Positions 38,622 through 47,132 of a DNA stretch of 64,000 nucleotides are shown here, in pieces. The stretch covers positions 1,659 to 65,658 of the forward strand of contig JAZRXZ010000182.1 in assembly GCA_045600445.1 (NCBI GenBank). The letters are read 5' to 3'. Under the pieces are notes generated by a model. It saw only the letters and a list, made by a program, of their open reading frames with translations, did not search any database and was not told the origin of the DNA. Numbering within the stretch: the first letter of the stretch is position 1; each line of letters opens with the position of its first letter. The DNA comes from Bacteroidales bacterium. Lineage in GTDB: Bacteria; Bacteroidota; Bacteroidia; Bacteroidales; UBA3663. The position numbers were made by a program, and so were the translations under genes.

Positions 38622-40763
38622 TTAGAAATTGACCGAAACACCTCCCTTAATCAGCATTCCTGGTTGCTCGACGAAGGTATATTCGTAGTATTTTTTATTG
38701 AGGATATTGGTCAGATCGCAATAGATCCTAGAACGCTTCATCGACCATGAAAGACGCGCATCCAAGAGGCCATAACTTGGGTTTTCATCACCGATTCGGT
38801 CCATCCAGCGCCAGGCAACAGACAAGTCAAGATGTGAGAACAAGTGTGTCTCGGCCTGAGCAACGAACTTGTTGCGAAGGTACATCATTGCATACTTACT
38901 CGACAGAATAGAGCGCTCATACGACGAAGACTCATCGAGGTAAGCCCACTGCAGACTCAGCTTCTGGAGCGGAGACTCTGGGTTCAGCTCTCGAGGCAGG
39001 AAAGCAATCTGTGTTTCAATACCGACGTTATCAAGACGGAAGTTGGTTGAGTGGAAGGTCTTGCCATCTGCAAAAGTCTCGTCCTCACCAGGACGCTTAG
39101 CCGAAGGATCGAAGATAACCCAATCGATCATATCCTGCTTATGGCTGTAGAAAGCCTGCGCCTCCACGTGCCAGCCAGTGCGACGGTAGCGGACTCCGAG
39201 GCTCACATCCTGTGTCTTCTCCGGCTTGAGATCGGTGTTGCCAATGATGTTGGCTCCACTATAATAAAGGTCGGTGAAGGTTGGCAGACGGAGCGCCATG
39301 TTCCACGATGCAAACACTTTCCAGTAAGAAGACGGTCTCCAGGCAATATCGGCACCCGGATAGAAACGCCAACGGTGATCGAGGCCAGAATTGCTATTGG
39401 CCAACAAGCCTAAGCTGATAGTCCACTGGTCCAGCAGGACGTCATGCTCCAGGAAGAAATTATGATTGACGCGACTGTCCTTATACTTATAATATACATC
39501 GCCATCCGCATCATGACCCGCCGTCTTCTTCCACTCATTCTCAGCGAGTGGCAGGCCGAGCTTGGTGCTGTAGATACCTTCATAGCGTCCTTCATAGCCG
39601 AAGTTGGTCTTGCCATGTGCAGACGAATGATTGATCAAGGCTTTCCAGGCAGCAGCATCGACCTGATGGAAGTTCTCACCGGCAGGACTGTCCTTATGCC
39701 ACTGATAATGATCATACCAGCGGTTCCAGTCGCCACCTGCCTTCAGGTTCCACGACTTACCAAGAGGCACTTGCACCTGTAGCGAAGTAATGAGGCGTTC
39801 GTTACTCTCCCACTGGTCAGTCGATGAAGCTCCGTAGAACGTGTTGGCACCATAATCCTTGTAACTGTAGCCAAACTGGCCGTCGACCGTCACATCCCGA
39901 TGCTGCAGCGAGCCTTGATAGAAGACACGGGTCGAACCGAAATCGGAGTTAGGAGTAGCACCGTCACTGCGACTGTAGCCACCGGTCAGCAGGTTAGTCA
40001 AAGAAGTGTTCTGTCCCAGCGAGTTAGCCGACGACAGCGAGAGGTCGCCACCTGCATAGCCATACGAGCCGCCATAGACATGCGCCTTGCCGCCGAACTG
40101 CTGCGGATCATCGTCAGACACGACGGCTTTGCGCGTGACGATATTGATGACACCCGTGAATGCACTAGTGCCAAAGACACGCGCAGCCGGACCTTCCAGT
40201 ACCTCCACCTGCTCAATGTCGAGCGCAGTGACTGGGAAGTCGGCCGTCAAATGCCCCGTGTGCGGTGAAGAGATGTTCACGCCATTGAGCAGAACCGTAA
40301 TCTGATCGAAATTTCCTCCTCTGACCGAAACGTCTGTCTGGACTCCAAATTCTCCGCGCTGCCGCACATCCACGCCGACAGCATACTCCAAGAGATCATT
40401 CACACTGTGTACCGCAGCCGCTGCGATATCTGCAGCGCGCAGTACAGTCACCATACGTGGTGTCTGCTCAGCGGTGAGCGACACGCGAGTGGCAAGGACC
40501 TCAACGTCCTGCAGCACGTCTACCTTCAGCGAATCATCACTGGCCGCACCAGCCGTGTCGAGGGCTCCAGCATTTGAGCGAGCACCTGCGGCAACAGACA
40601 TCGAGCCAGCCTCGCCTGCCATAGCCTTCAAGCCAGCACTGCTGAGCATAGCCACGGTCAGGACACCGATTCCGACCTCACGATGGAGGCTCTGGAAAGC
40701 AGCGTACGAAGCGCCACTGAAGCGCTTCCACTTGACTGTTTTTTTCTGATTGTTGTTATACAT
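38622..40763 (-). CDS. TonB-dependent receptor (non-SusC, BtuB-like plug + barrel)
   Basis: Plug motifs GVDVRQRG, VRGG..DQ..VLLNG and IEQVEVLEGP..FG..GVINIVT; LPTFTDLYY, LKPE and a C-terminal F. Confidence 0.88.
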   Translation of the reverse strand: MYNNNQKKTVKWKRFSGASYAAFQSLHREVGIGVLTVAMLSSAGLKAMAGEAGSMSVAAGARSNAGALDTAGAASDDSLKVDVLQDVEVLATRVSLTAEQTPRMVTVLRAADIAAAAVHSVNDLLEYAVGVDVRQRGEFGVQTDVSVRGGNFDQITVLLNGVNISSPHTGHLTADFPVTALDIEQVEVLEGPAARVFGTSAFTGVINIVTRKAVVSDDDPQQFGGKAHVYGGSYGYAGGDLSLSSANSLGQNTSLTNLLTGGYSRSDGATPNSDFGSTRVFYQGSLQHRDVTVDGQFGYSYKDYGANTFYGASSTDQWESNERLITSLQVQVPLGKSWNLKAGGDWNRWYDHYQWHKDSPAGENFHQVDAAAWKALINHSSAHGKTNFGYEGRYEGIYSTKLGLPLAENEWKKTAGHDADGDVYYKYKDSRVNHNFFLEHDVLLDQWTISLGLLANSNSGLDHRWRFYPGADIAWRPSSYWKVFASWNMALRLPTFTDLYYSGANIIGNTDLKPEKTQDVSLGVRYRRTGWHVEAQAFYSHKQDMIDWVIFDPSAKRPGEDETFADGKTFHSTNFRLDNVGIETQIAFLPRELNPESPLQKLSLQWAYLDESSSYERSILSSKYAMMYLRNKFVAQAETHLFSHLDLSVAWRWMDRIGDENPSYGLLDARLSWSMKRSRIYCDLTNILNKKYYEYTFVEQPGMLIKGGVSVNF

Positions 40764-40804
40764 ATAAAAATAATAGGGCTTTTGTACCCCGTTTTTTCAC
40801 AGCG

Positions 40805-40895
40805 CAAAGATAGTGAAAAAATCTATTGCAGACAACTAAAAGTATGTTTTTAAACACCTATAAAGCACAAATATTATTTAAAATGTGTACTTTTG
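40805..40895. promoter_or_regulatory. Divergent -7 promoter elements (TonB receptor on minus, CBM20 gene on plus)
   Basis: caaagata at 40805-40812 (TAtcTTTG on minus); TActTTTG at 40888-40895 on plus. Confidence 0.5.
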
Positions 40896-41000
40896 GCCGA
40901 AAAAATTTTGCCACTACAGACATTATTTGTATATTCGCCCTCAGAAAGTCATTTCTTTCAACGTCTCAGACCTTTTGTTTCAGTAATTATTGACACGATT

Positions 41001-41762
41001 ATGACCATTTTCCTGCATATCGAATACCAGACACAATGGGGTGCACAGCTCTATGTCACCACGGGCAAAAAACCAGCCATCGGAAGCAAACTCCCGAACA
41101 ATGCCATCGAGATGGACAATGATGGCCGCGGAAACTGGTTTGTCGAGGTCGAGGCCGACCGTCTCAATAATCAGCATTATCATTACGTGCTGGCTTATCA
41201 GCGTCACGTGCTGAGAAATGAATTTGGCAATGGTCATCTGATTGCAGACATCAGCGAAGCTACGGGTGTACCAACGCTTCACATCTGGGACATCTGGCGT
41301 CGCTTGCCGCAAATTCGCAGCTTCTTCTCGCTGGCCTTCCGTCGTCGTCACGAGATACAGCAACTCTACAACACAGCTCATCCATTGGTCGACGAACTGG
41401 CTCCAAACCGCATGACGATGGTATGTGAAGCCGGCAAATTGCAGGATGACTGGCAGTTAGCACTCATCGGCAATACTGACGTGCTCGGCAATTGGGATCC
41501 TGCCCTTTCCCTCCCGATGGAACAGGTCAGCCGTGGCATCTGGAGCGTCTCGTTCGACCGCTCGGCCATCCGATTCCCCTTGCGCTATAAATTCGTCGTC
41601 CTCGAACGTCTCACTCACCGCTTCATCGGATGGGAAGACTGCACCAACCGCTTCTTCCAGCCAAGTATGATGGAGATTGGCGACAGCCTGCTCATCTGCG
41701 ACCAGCGATTCACGCGTCTGGCTCAAGACAAGGATGGAAATCCACAAGAAACTACAGAATAA
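41001..41762 (+). CDS. Tandem CBM20-like protein resembling the N-terminus of Bacteroidetes 4-alpha-glucanotransferase, without a GH77 domain
   Basis: IEYQTQWG.., then LALIGNTDVLGNWDP..W..YKFV..WE..NR (CBM20 consensus). The stop comes soon after the second module. The ATG at 41001 is preferred. Confidence 0.75.
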   Translation: MTIFLHIEYQTQWGAQLYVTTGKKPAIGSKLPNNAIEMDNDGRGNWFVEVEADRLNNQHYHYVLAYQRHVLRNEFGNGHLIADISEATGVPTLHIWDIWRRLPQIRSFFSLAFRRRHEIQQLYNTAHPLVDELAPNRMTMVCEAGKLQDDWQLALIGNTDVLGNWDPALSLPMEQVSRGIWSVSFDRSAIRFPLRYKFVVLERLTHRFIGWEDCTNRFFQPSMMEIGDSLLICDQRFTRLAQDKDGNPQETTE

Positions 41763-41777
41763 TTTATAATCGCAAAA

Positions 41778-42452
41778 ATGAAAAAAATCTCAATTTATGC
41801 CATGTCTATGGCTCTTTTGAGCGGATGCATAGCTCCAATGACTATGAATAATCCGCAAGCAGGAACTACCCAAACCACTCCACAGACAACGACACAGGCC
41901 GGAGCACCGACCTCCAGCGCTTCTCAAAGCACTTTAGGAGGCATCTTAGGCAATATTCTGGCCAGCGTGACCGGCAGTATCACTACTACCCAGGCCAACC
42001 TGATCGGCACCTGGACCTATACTGAACCAAGCGTACAGTTTGAAAGCGATAATCTTCTGACTCAAGCCGGTGGCGCTGCCGCAGCTGCTAAGGTCGAAAA
42101 ACAGCTCGTCTCGATCTATCAGATGGTAGGAATCACTCCAGGCAAGGTCTCCTTTACTTTTACCAAAGATGGTAAAGTCAACTATACCATCGGCAATCGC
42201 AATGCTACAGGCACCTATGTCTTTGACGCTCAGAACAAGATGGTGAACATCACCACGGCCAACGGAGCTAAGATCAATGCTTACGTGACTATCAGTGGCA
42301 ATCTCATGAGCCTCTGCTTCGATAGCAGCAAGGTTCTCTCCCTCTTCTCTGCAGCTGGTAACCTCAATAACGGACAGTCGACCTTAGGCAATATCGGTGC
42401 CATCGCACAAAACTTCAAGGGAATGAAGACTGGATTCAAGTTCAAACGATAA
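41778..42452 (+). CDS. Lipoprotein, DUF4923-like
   Basis: Lipobox LSGC, low-complexity T/Q linker, LIGTWTY.EP.V.FESDNLL..AGG and a C-terminal GMK.GF.F. Confidence 0.7.
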   Translation: MKKISIYAMSMALLSGCIAPMTMNNPQAGTTQTTPQTTTQAGAPTSSASQSTLGGILGNILASVTGSITTTQANLIGTWTYTEPSVQFESDNLLTQAGGAAAAAKVEKQLVSIYQMVGITPGKVSFTFTKDGKVNYTIGNRNATGTYVFDAQNKMVNITTANGAKINAYVTISGNLMSLCFDSSKVLSLFSAAGNLNNGQSTLGNIGAIAQNFKGMKTGFKFKR

Positions 42453-42460
42453 TTCTTTAT

Positions 42461-42697
42461 GGATACTGACATTAGGTACCAAGTGTTAGTATTCATGTTC
42501 TTGAATACTGACATCTGGTACCAAATGTCAGTATTCTGCATCAACGAATCTAACACTACGTCCGTAGTGTTAAACTCATAGACCTCCGAAACCAACACTA
42601 CGGACGTAGTGTTAGACTCATACGTCAAAGAAACCAACAACAGGAACGTAGTGTTGATCTCCACGATATGGAAAGTCAACACTACGTTCCTGTTGTT
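42461..42697. repeat. Array of six palindromic or near-palindromic units with an exact 42-bp period, arranged as three inverted doublets
   Basis: Unit centres at 42477.5, 42519.5, 42561.5, 42603.5, 42645.5 and 42687.5. Cores are atactgacat..ggtacc..rtgtyagtat (two copies) and aacactacg-nn-cgtagtgtt variants (four copies). Confidence 0.85.
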
Positions 42698-42713
42698 AAT
42701 ATATTCTCAAAAG

Positions 42714-42786
42714 TCGGGGTTACCCGATTCGAACGGGCGACCTCTACGTCCCGAACGTAGCGCGCTACCAGCTGCGCTAAACCCCG
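42714..42786 (-). tRNA. tRNA-Pro (anticodon CGG); CCA not encoded
   Basis: Reverse complement cggggtt-ta-gcgcagctggtagcgc-g-ctacg-tt-CGG-ga-cgtag-aggtc-gcccg-ttcgaat-cgggt-aaccccg-a forms a complete cloverleaf. Confidence 0.96.
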
Positions 42787-42815
42787 ATATTATTTATGGA
42801 AGTCCACAAATAATA

Positions 42816-42889
42816 TAATTACGAATTACAAATTACTAATTACATGCAGGTCGAGAAACCCGTAATTTGTAATTAGTAATTTGTAATTA
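42816..42889. repeat. Inverted pair of heptamer arrays (AATTACN)x4 / (NGTAATT)x4
   Basis: taattacgaattacaaattactaattac-18 nt-gtaatttgtaattagtaatttgtaatta, between tsf and the tRNA. Confidence 0.85.
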
Positions 42890-42902
42890 TCTCGTCAGAG
42901 AA

Positions 42903-43889
42903 TTAGTCCTGATTGAGGTTGATACGCTTGAAAGCAGTAGCAGTAAGACCCTTCTGAACCTTGTCGAGATACTGCTGAACGCTAACCTTAGAATCGCTGA
43001 TGAACTCCTGCTCAACGAGGCAGTTCTCCTTGAAGAACTTAGCCATACGACCCTTAGCGATGTTCTGGATCATACCCTCATTGAGGTTTGCAGCCTTCTC
43101 AGCAGCGGTAGCTGCCATGATCTCGCGGCCCTGAGCTGCCTGCTCAGCGGTGATCCAGCCCTTAGACATGTTGCTCTCGATGTGATCCTCGCTGTCGAAG
43201 TGGTTAGGATTGAGACCAGCCTTCTTGAGTGCAGCAGCAACTGCCTTCTCAACCTGCTCCTCCTTAGTCTTCTTGATAGCAAGCTCGAGCTCCTCGTCCT
43301 TCTTAGCCTGTGGGATCTCGTCAGCGTTAACTGCGAGTGGGTTCATTGCAGCAACCTGGCAAGCAACCTCCTTGAGAGCCTCCTCCTCAGCGGTAGCGTT
43401 GAATGCTACGATTGCAGAAAGCATGTGGTTGAAGTGGTTGTAAGCAATAACACATGGACCCTCAACAGCCTCGAATACAACCTCCATCTTCTCACCACAA
43501 GCGCCTGAACGCTCGGTGATGACCGAAGCAACGGTACCCTCCTCAAGTGGGAGAGCGAGGAGAGCCTCATTGTTAGCTGGCTTGTTAGCCATTACGAGGT
43601 CAGCGATAGTATTTGCGAGCTCCTGGAAACGATCGTTGTTAGCAACAGACTCAGTCTCACACTTGAGTGCTACGACTGCGCCATAGTTACCCTCGGTGCG
43701 AGCGATAACTACACCCTGAGCTGCCTCACGAGCCTCACGCTTTGCAGCGATCTTGGTGAACTTCTCACGGATCCACTTTACAGCGGCATCGAAATCACCA
43801 TTTGACTCCTCAAGTGCCTTCTTACAGTCACCCATACCGGCCTGAGTCATCTCACGGAGCTTCTTGATATCAGCAATAGAAACTGCCAT
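42903..43889 (-). CDS. tsf: Translation elongation factor Ts
   Basis: IKKLREMTQAGMGDCKKAL, QVAAMNP and IAKGRMAKFFKE; Bacteroidales-type insertion; downstream of rpsB. Confidence 0.97.
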   Translation of the reverse strand: MAVSIADIKKLREMTQAGMGDCKKALEESNGDFDAAVKWIREKFTKIAAKREAREAAQGVVIARTEGNYGAVVALKCETESVANNDRFQELANTIADLVMANKPANNEALLALPLEEGTVASVITERSGACGEKMEVVFEAVEGPCVIAYNHFNHMLSAIVAFNATAEEEALKEVACQVAAMNPLAVNADEIPQAKKDEELELAIKKTKEEQVEKAVAAALKKAGLNPNHFDSEDHIESNMSKGWITAEQAAQGREIMAATAAEKAANLNEGMIQNIAKGRMAKFFKENCLVEQEFISDSKVSVQQYLDKVQKGLTATAFKRINLNQD

Positions 43890-43898
43890 AATTTTTCG

Positions 43899-44050
43899 AA
43901 AGTTATAAGTTAAAAGTTAAAAGATAAAAGTTGCCAGTCCCACGAAACAATTCCGCAAGGAATGGCAGTTTGTCAAGAGTTTTATATTGCTAAGAGTCAA
44001 AAGCCAGCGCGTAGCTTAACTTTTAACTCTTAACTTTTAACTCTTAACTT
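43899..44050. repeat. Inverted pair of heptamer arrays (RAGTTAA-like / TTAACTY) in the rpsB-tsf gap
   Basis: aaagttataagttaaaagttaaaagataaaagtt at about 43899-43932, and ttaacttttaactcttaacttttaactcttaactt at about 44016-44050. Confidence 0.85.
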
Positions 44051-44052
44051 AT

Positions 44053-44823
44053 TTAAGCCTCTGCCTCCTCAGCAGGAGCAGCCTTCTTGCCGCCCTTGTT
44101 TGAAGCCTCAGCAGCATCCTGGTCAGCCTTCTCTACCTTGCGCTCCTCGAGACCCTCGTTGATAGCGTCGCACATAGCGCCTACTACAGCCTCGATAGAC
44201 TTGGTAGCGTCGTCATTTGCTGGGATCACGAAGTCGATGTCGCGTGGGTTAGAGTTGGTATCAACCATGCCGAATACTGGGATACCCAGACGGATAGCCT
44301 CAGCAACTGCGATGTGCTCCTTCATAACATCAACTACGAAGATAGCTGATGGGAGACGGGTAAGGTCGGCGATAGAACCGAGGTTCTTCTCCAACTTCTC
44401 ACGCTGGCGGCTGATCTGGAGACGCTCGCGCTTTGAGAGGTTGTCGTATGTACCGTCCTTGGTGAGCTTGTCGATGGTAGCCATCTTCTTCACAGCCTTG
44501 CGGATGGTAGTGAAGTTGGTGAGCATACCGCCTGGCCAACGCTCGATAACGTATGGCATGCCAACAGCCTGAGCCTTCTCGGCTACGACCTCCTTGGCCT
44601 GCTTCTTAGTAGCGACGAAAAGCACCTTACGGCCGCTCTTAGCGATAGCCTTGAGCTCCTCAGCTGCCTCGTCGATTTTAGCAACTGTCTTATTCAGGTC
44701 GATGATATGGATGCCGTTGCGCTCCATGAAGATGTAAGGAGCCATTGCTGGGTTCCACTTGCTCTTGAGGTGTCCGAAGTGAACGCCGGCTTCCAAAAGT
44801 TGATCAAAGTTTGTACGTGACAT
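44053..44823 (-). CDS. rpsB: 30S ribosomal protein S2
   Basis: LLEAGVHFGH, WNPAM, RWPGGMLTNF, VDTNS and PANDD. Confidence 0.98.
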   Translation of the reverse strand: MSRTNFDQLLEAGVHFGHLKSKWNPAMAPYIFMERNGIHIIDLNKTVAKIDEAAEELKAIAKSGRKVLFVATKKQAKEVVAEKAQAVGMPYVIERWPGGMLTNFTTIRKAVKKMATIDKLTKDGTYDNLSKRERLQISRQREKLEKNLGSIADLTRLPSAIFVVDVMKEHIAVAEAIRLGIPVFGMVDTNSNPRDIDFVIPANDDATKSIEAVVGAMCDAINEGLEERKVEKADQDAAEASNKGGKKAAPAEEAEA

Positions 44824-44878
44824 AATTGTCGAAATTGTTTTTTGTTTACATTCTTGTTATGCAACCCAAGGGTATTAT

Positions 44879-45085
44879 GATTGACGATTTGACAATTTAC
44901 GATTTACGATTTTAGTTTGTCTATGGGTCAAATCCTTTGGGTTTAGATACTAAACACGTTATTTAAATAGATGTACACGCGTACTATATTTAAATGACGT
45001 TTATGACGCTAATTTCATCTGGACCTTACAAAACTTTACGCAGCGCGAAGCCAATCGTAAATTGTAAATTGTCCAATTGTAAATG
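44879..45085. repeat. Inverted pair of heptamer arrays (ACRATTT / AAATYGT) in the rpsI-rpsB gap
   Basis: gattgacgatttgacaatttacgatttacgatttt at about 44879-44913, and aatcgtaaattgtaaattgtccaattgtaaat at about 45053-45084. Confidence 0.8.
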
Positions 45086-45087
45086 AA

Positions 45088-45477
45088 TTAACGCTTGCTG
45101 AACTGGAAGCGACGACGAGCCTTTGGCTGACCTGGCTTCTTACGTTCAACGATACGTGCATCGCGGGTGAGGAAGCCAGCCTTGCGAAGAGCTGCCTTGT
45201 TCTCAGCGTCGATCTTAACGAGAGCACGTGCGATAGCGAGACGGAGAGCCTCTGCCTGGCCCTTAAAGCCACCACCCTTGAGGTTTACGTTGATGTCATA
45301 GCTCTCAGCTACGCCAACCTCGTTGAGAGGCTGCTTAACGATGAACTGAAGGATTGAAGATGGGAAATAAGCCTGAAGCTCCTTCTTGTTGATGGTGATG
45401 TTACCAGCACCAGCAGCAACATAAACACGGGCTACAGCGGCCTTACGACGGCCGATTGCATTGATTACTTCTGCCAT
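45088..45477 (-). CDS. rpsI: 30S ribosomal protein S9
   Basis: GRRK.AVARV, GGG..GQA and ERKKPG..KARRRFQFSKR. Confidence 0.98.
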   Translation of the reverse strand: MAEVINAIGRRKAAVARVYVAAGAGNITINKKELQAYFPSSILQFIVKQPLNEVGVAESYDINVNLKGGGFKGQAEALRLAIARALVKIDAENKAALRKAGFLTRDARIVERKKPGQPKARRRFQFSKR

Positions 45478-45505
45478 AGTTGTAAATGTTTGTTTGTGGT
45501 GTTGA

Positions 45506-45964
45506 TTACTTCAAAGTGTTGATGTCGATAGCCTTAGGCTGCTGAGCAACCTCCTTGTACTCTGAACCCTCGTAGATACGAACGTTCTTGAGAAGCTGAC
45601 GACCGAGCTTGTTCTTTGGGAGCATGCCCTTGAGAACGATGAGGAAGAGCTCCTCGTAGCCGTTCTTCTTAACTACGCTGGCAGCGGTGTGTACGCGCTG
45701 GCCGCTTGGATAGCCGGTGAAAGTAAGCCACTCACGCTCGGTCCACTTGTTACCGGTCATAGTGATCTTGTCGGCATTGATAATGATAACGTTGTCACCG
45801 CAGTCAACGTTAGGGGTGAATGATGGCTTGTACTTACCACGGAGGAGCTTAGCTACCTTAGAGCAGAAGCGACCCATTACCTGGTCAGTTGCATCAACAA
45901 CCACCCATTCCTTCTGTGCAGTTGCTTTGTTCACAGAAATGGTCTTGTAAGATAAAGTATCCAC
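45506..45964 (-). CDS. rplM: 50S ribosomal protein L13 (GTG start)
   Basis: WVVVDA, GKYKPSFTP.VDCGD and GMLPKNKLG. Confidence 0.98.
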   Translation of the reverse strand: MDTLSYKTISVNKATAQKEWVVVDATDQVMGRFCSKVAKLLRGKYKPSFTPNVDCGDNVIIINADKITMTGNKWTEREWLTFTGYPSGQRVHTAASVVKKNGYEELFLIVLKGMLPKNKLGRQLLKNVRIYEGSEYKEVAQQPKAIDINTLK

Positions 45965-46100
45965 TGTTGATTGTTGGATTAAATAATGAATAAAATAATT
46001 GTTTATCTCGACAGCGCCTCGACTTACGGACTAGAGCTCACCGAGGGTGCCACTGGCTTTCAGAGAGACATAGTTCCCCTAAAATCAGCGCGCAAAGATA
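45965..46100 (-). promoter_or_regulatory. rplM promoter and structured 5' leader (candidate L13 r-protein leader)
   Basis: Minus-strand TAtcTTTG at 46093-46100. The leader has hairpins aggggaac-tat-gtctctct and cagtg..cctcg..cgagg.cgctg. Confidence 0.5.
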
Positions 46101-46227
46101 CGATTTATTTTTAAAATAAATGCGAAGTTTCTCTTCGAACCTTCTTTTTAGTGCCAAAATCGCTCATTTTAAATAAGAAATGCTATCTTGGCAGCACAAA
46201 TTCAGTACTAAAAGAGTGTTGATAACC

Positions 46228-47100
46228 TTATTTCTTCCTTTTGACTAGAATGGTCTGCATCAGCACTGAGACGACAATGAGCAATACTCCTATCCAGAAG
46301 CTTCGCGAGAGTTCGCGGCCTTCATCGAAGAGGATCATCGCATAGAGGATGCTATAAACGGGTTCGAGGTTGTAGCTCAACGTCATGGTGAAGGTAGAGA
46401 CTTTCTGCAAAGCGCGGAGCTGCAGCATGAAGGCTCCGATGGTGAAGACCGAGGCCAGCAAAACGAGGTAAAGGAAGTCTGACGTGGCTGGCACAACCGG
46501 CAATTCAGGTCGCAAGTAGACGACCAGGGGCATGATAAGAGTCAGGAGCAAGACGCCACCAGCCAACTCTCCATAAAGCATCGTGCTACTCGAATGGCCA
46601 TGTCGGCTTATCAGCACCTTGCTTCCGATAGAGAAAAAAGCGCAGGCAGCCGACGAGGCGACACCCAGCAGAATACCGTAGCGATAATGCACGTCGAGCT
46701 GGAAGATCAGCAGGATTCCCAAGACAGGCAAGAGACTGAGAATGAGCTCTGTCCAGCGTGGCTTCGATTTCGTCAATAATGGTTCGAGTAAAGCGGTGAA
46801 GAAGCTCACCAACGTCAAACAGATGACTCCGATGGAGACGTTGGAAGCCTGAATACTGCCATAGAAAAAGATCCAGTGGATGGCCAGCAATACACCGCAG
46901 CCAGCAATCTCAAGAAAGCGACGAAGTGGGAGTTTGTGAAACTGCTTGGTGAACAGCAGGAGAGGCAACAGGATGACCAGTGCGAACATCATGCGATACC
47001 ACACGAGAGGCAACTCGGTGAGCGTGATGAGACGGCCGAAAAGTCCCGTGCCGCCAGCCAAAAGGATGGCGACATGGAGACAGATAAATGCTTGTTTCAT
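46228..47100 (-). CDS. DMT/EamA family transporter
   Basis: About 10 hydrophobic segments; HWIFFYGSI and YNLEPVYSI. Confidence 0.88.
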   Translation of the reverse strand: MKQAFICLHVAILLAGGTGLFGRLITLTELPLVWYRMMFALVILLPLLLFTKQFHKLPLRRFLEIAGCGVLLAIHWIFFYGSIQASNVSIGVICLTLVSFFTALLEPLLTKSKPRWTELILSLLPVLGILLIFQLDVHYRYGILLGVASSAACAFFSIGSKVLISRHGHSSSTMLYGELAGGVLLLTLIMPLVVYLRPELPVVPATSDFLYLVLLASVFTIGAFMLQLRALQKVSTFTMTLSYNLEPVYSILYAMILFDEGRELSRSFWIGVLLIVVSVLMQTILVKRKK

Positions 47101-47132
47101 ATCAGAAGATTGTCACGTGCGAGACCCGAGGA

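Noticed and set aside
40764-40900. Cobalamin or TPP riboswitch upstream of the TonB receptor
   Set aside because: No conserved riboswitch boxes are visible, and the predicted leader is only about 40 nt.
42461-42697. 42-bp periodic array as a CRISPR array
   Set aside because: The repeat core changes along the array, units are mutually inverted, the inter-repeat segments are too short for spacers, and no cas genes are present.
42714-42786. tRNA-Pro as an integration site for a mobile element
   Set aside because: I saw no integrase and no duplicated tRNA 3' end in the window.
42281-42818. ORFs 42281-42682 (-) and 42609-42818 (+) with 14-aa periodicity
   Set aside because: They are by-products of the 42-bp DNA repeat and overlap the lipoprotein gene or the tRNA.
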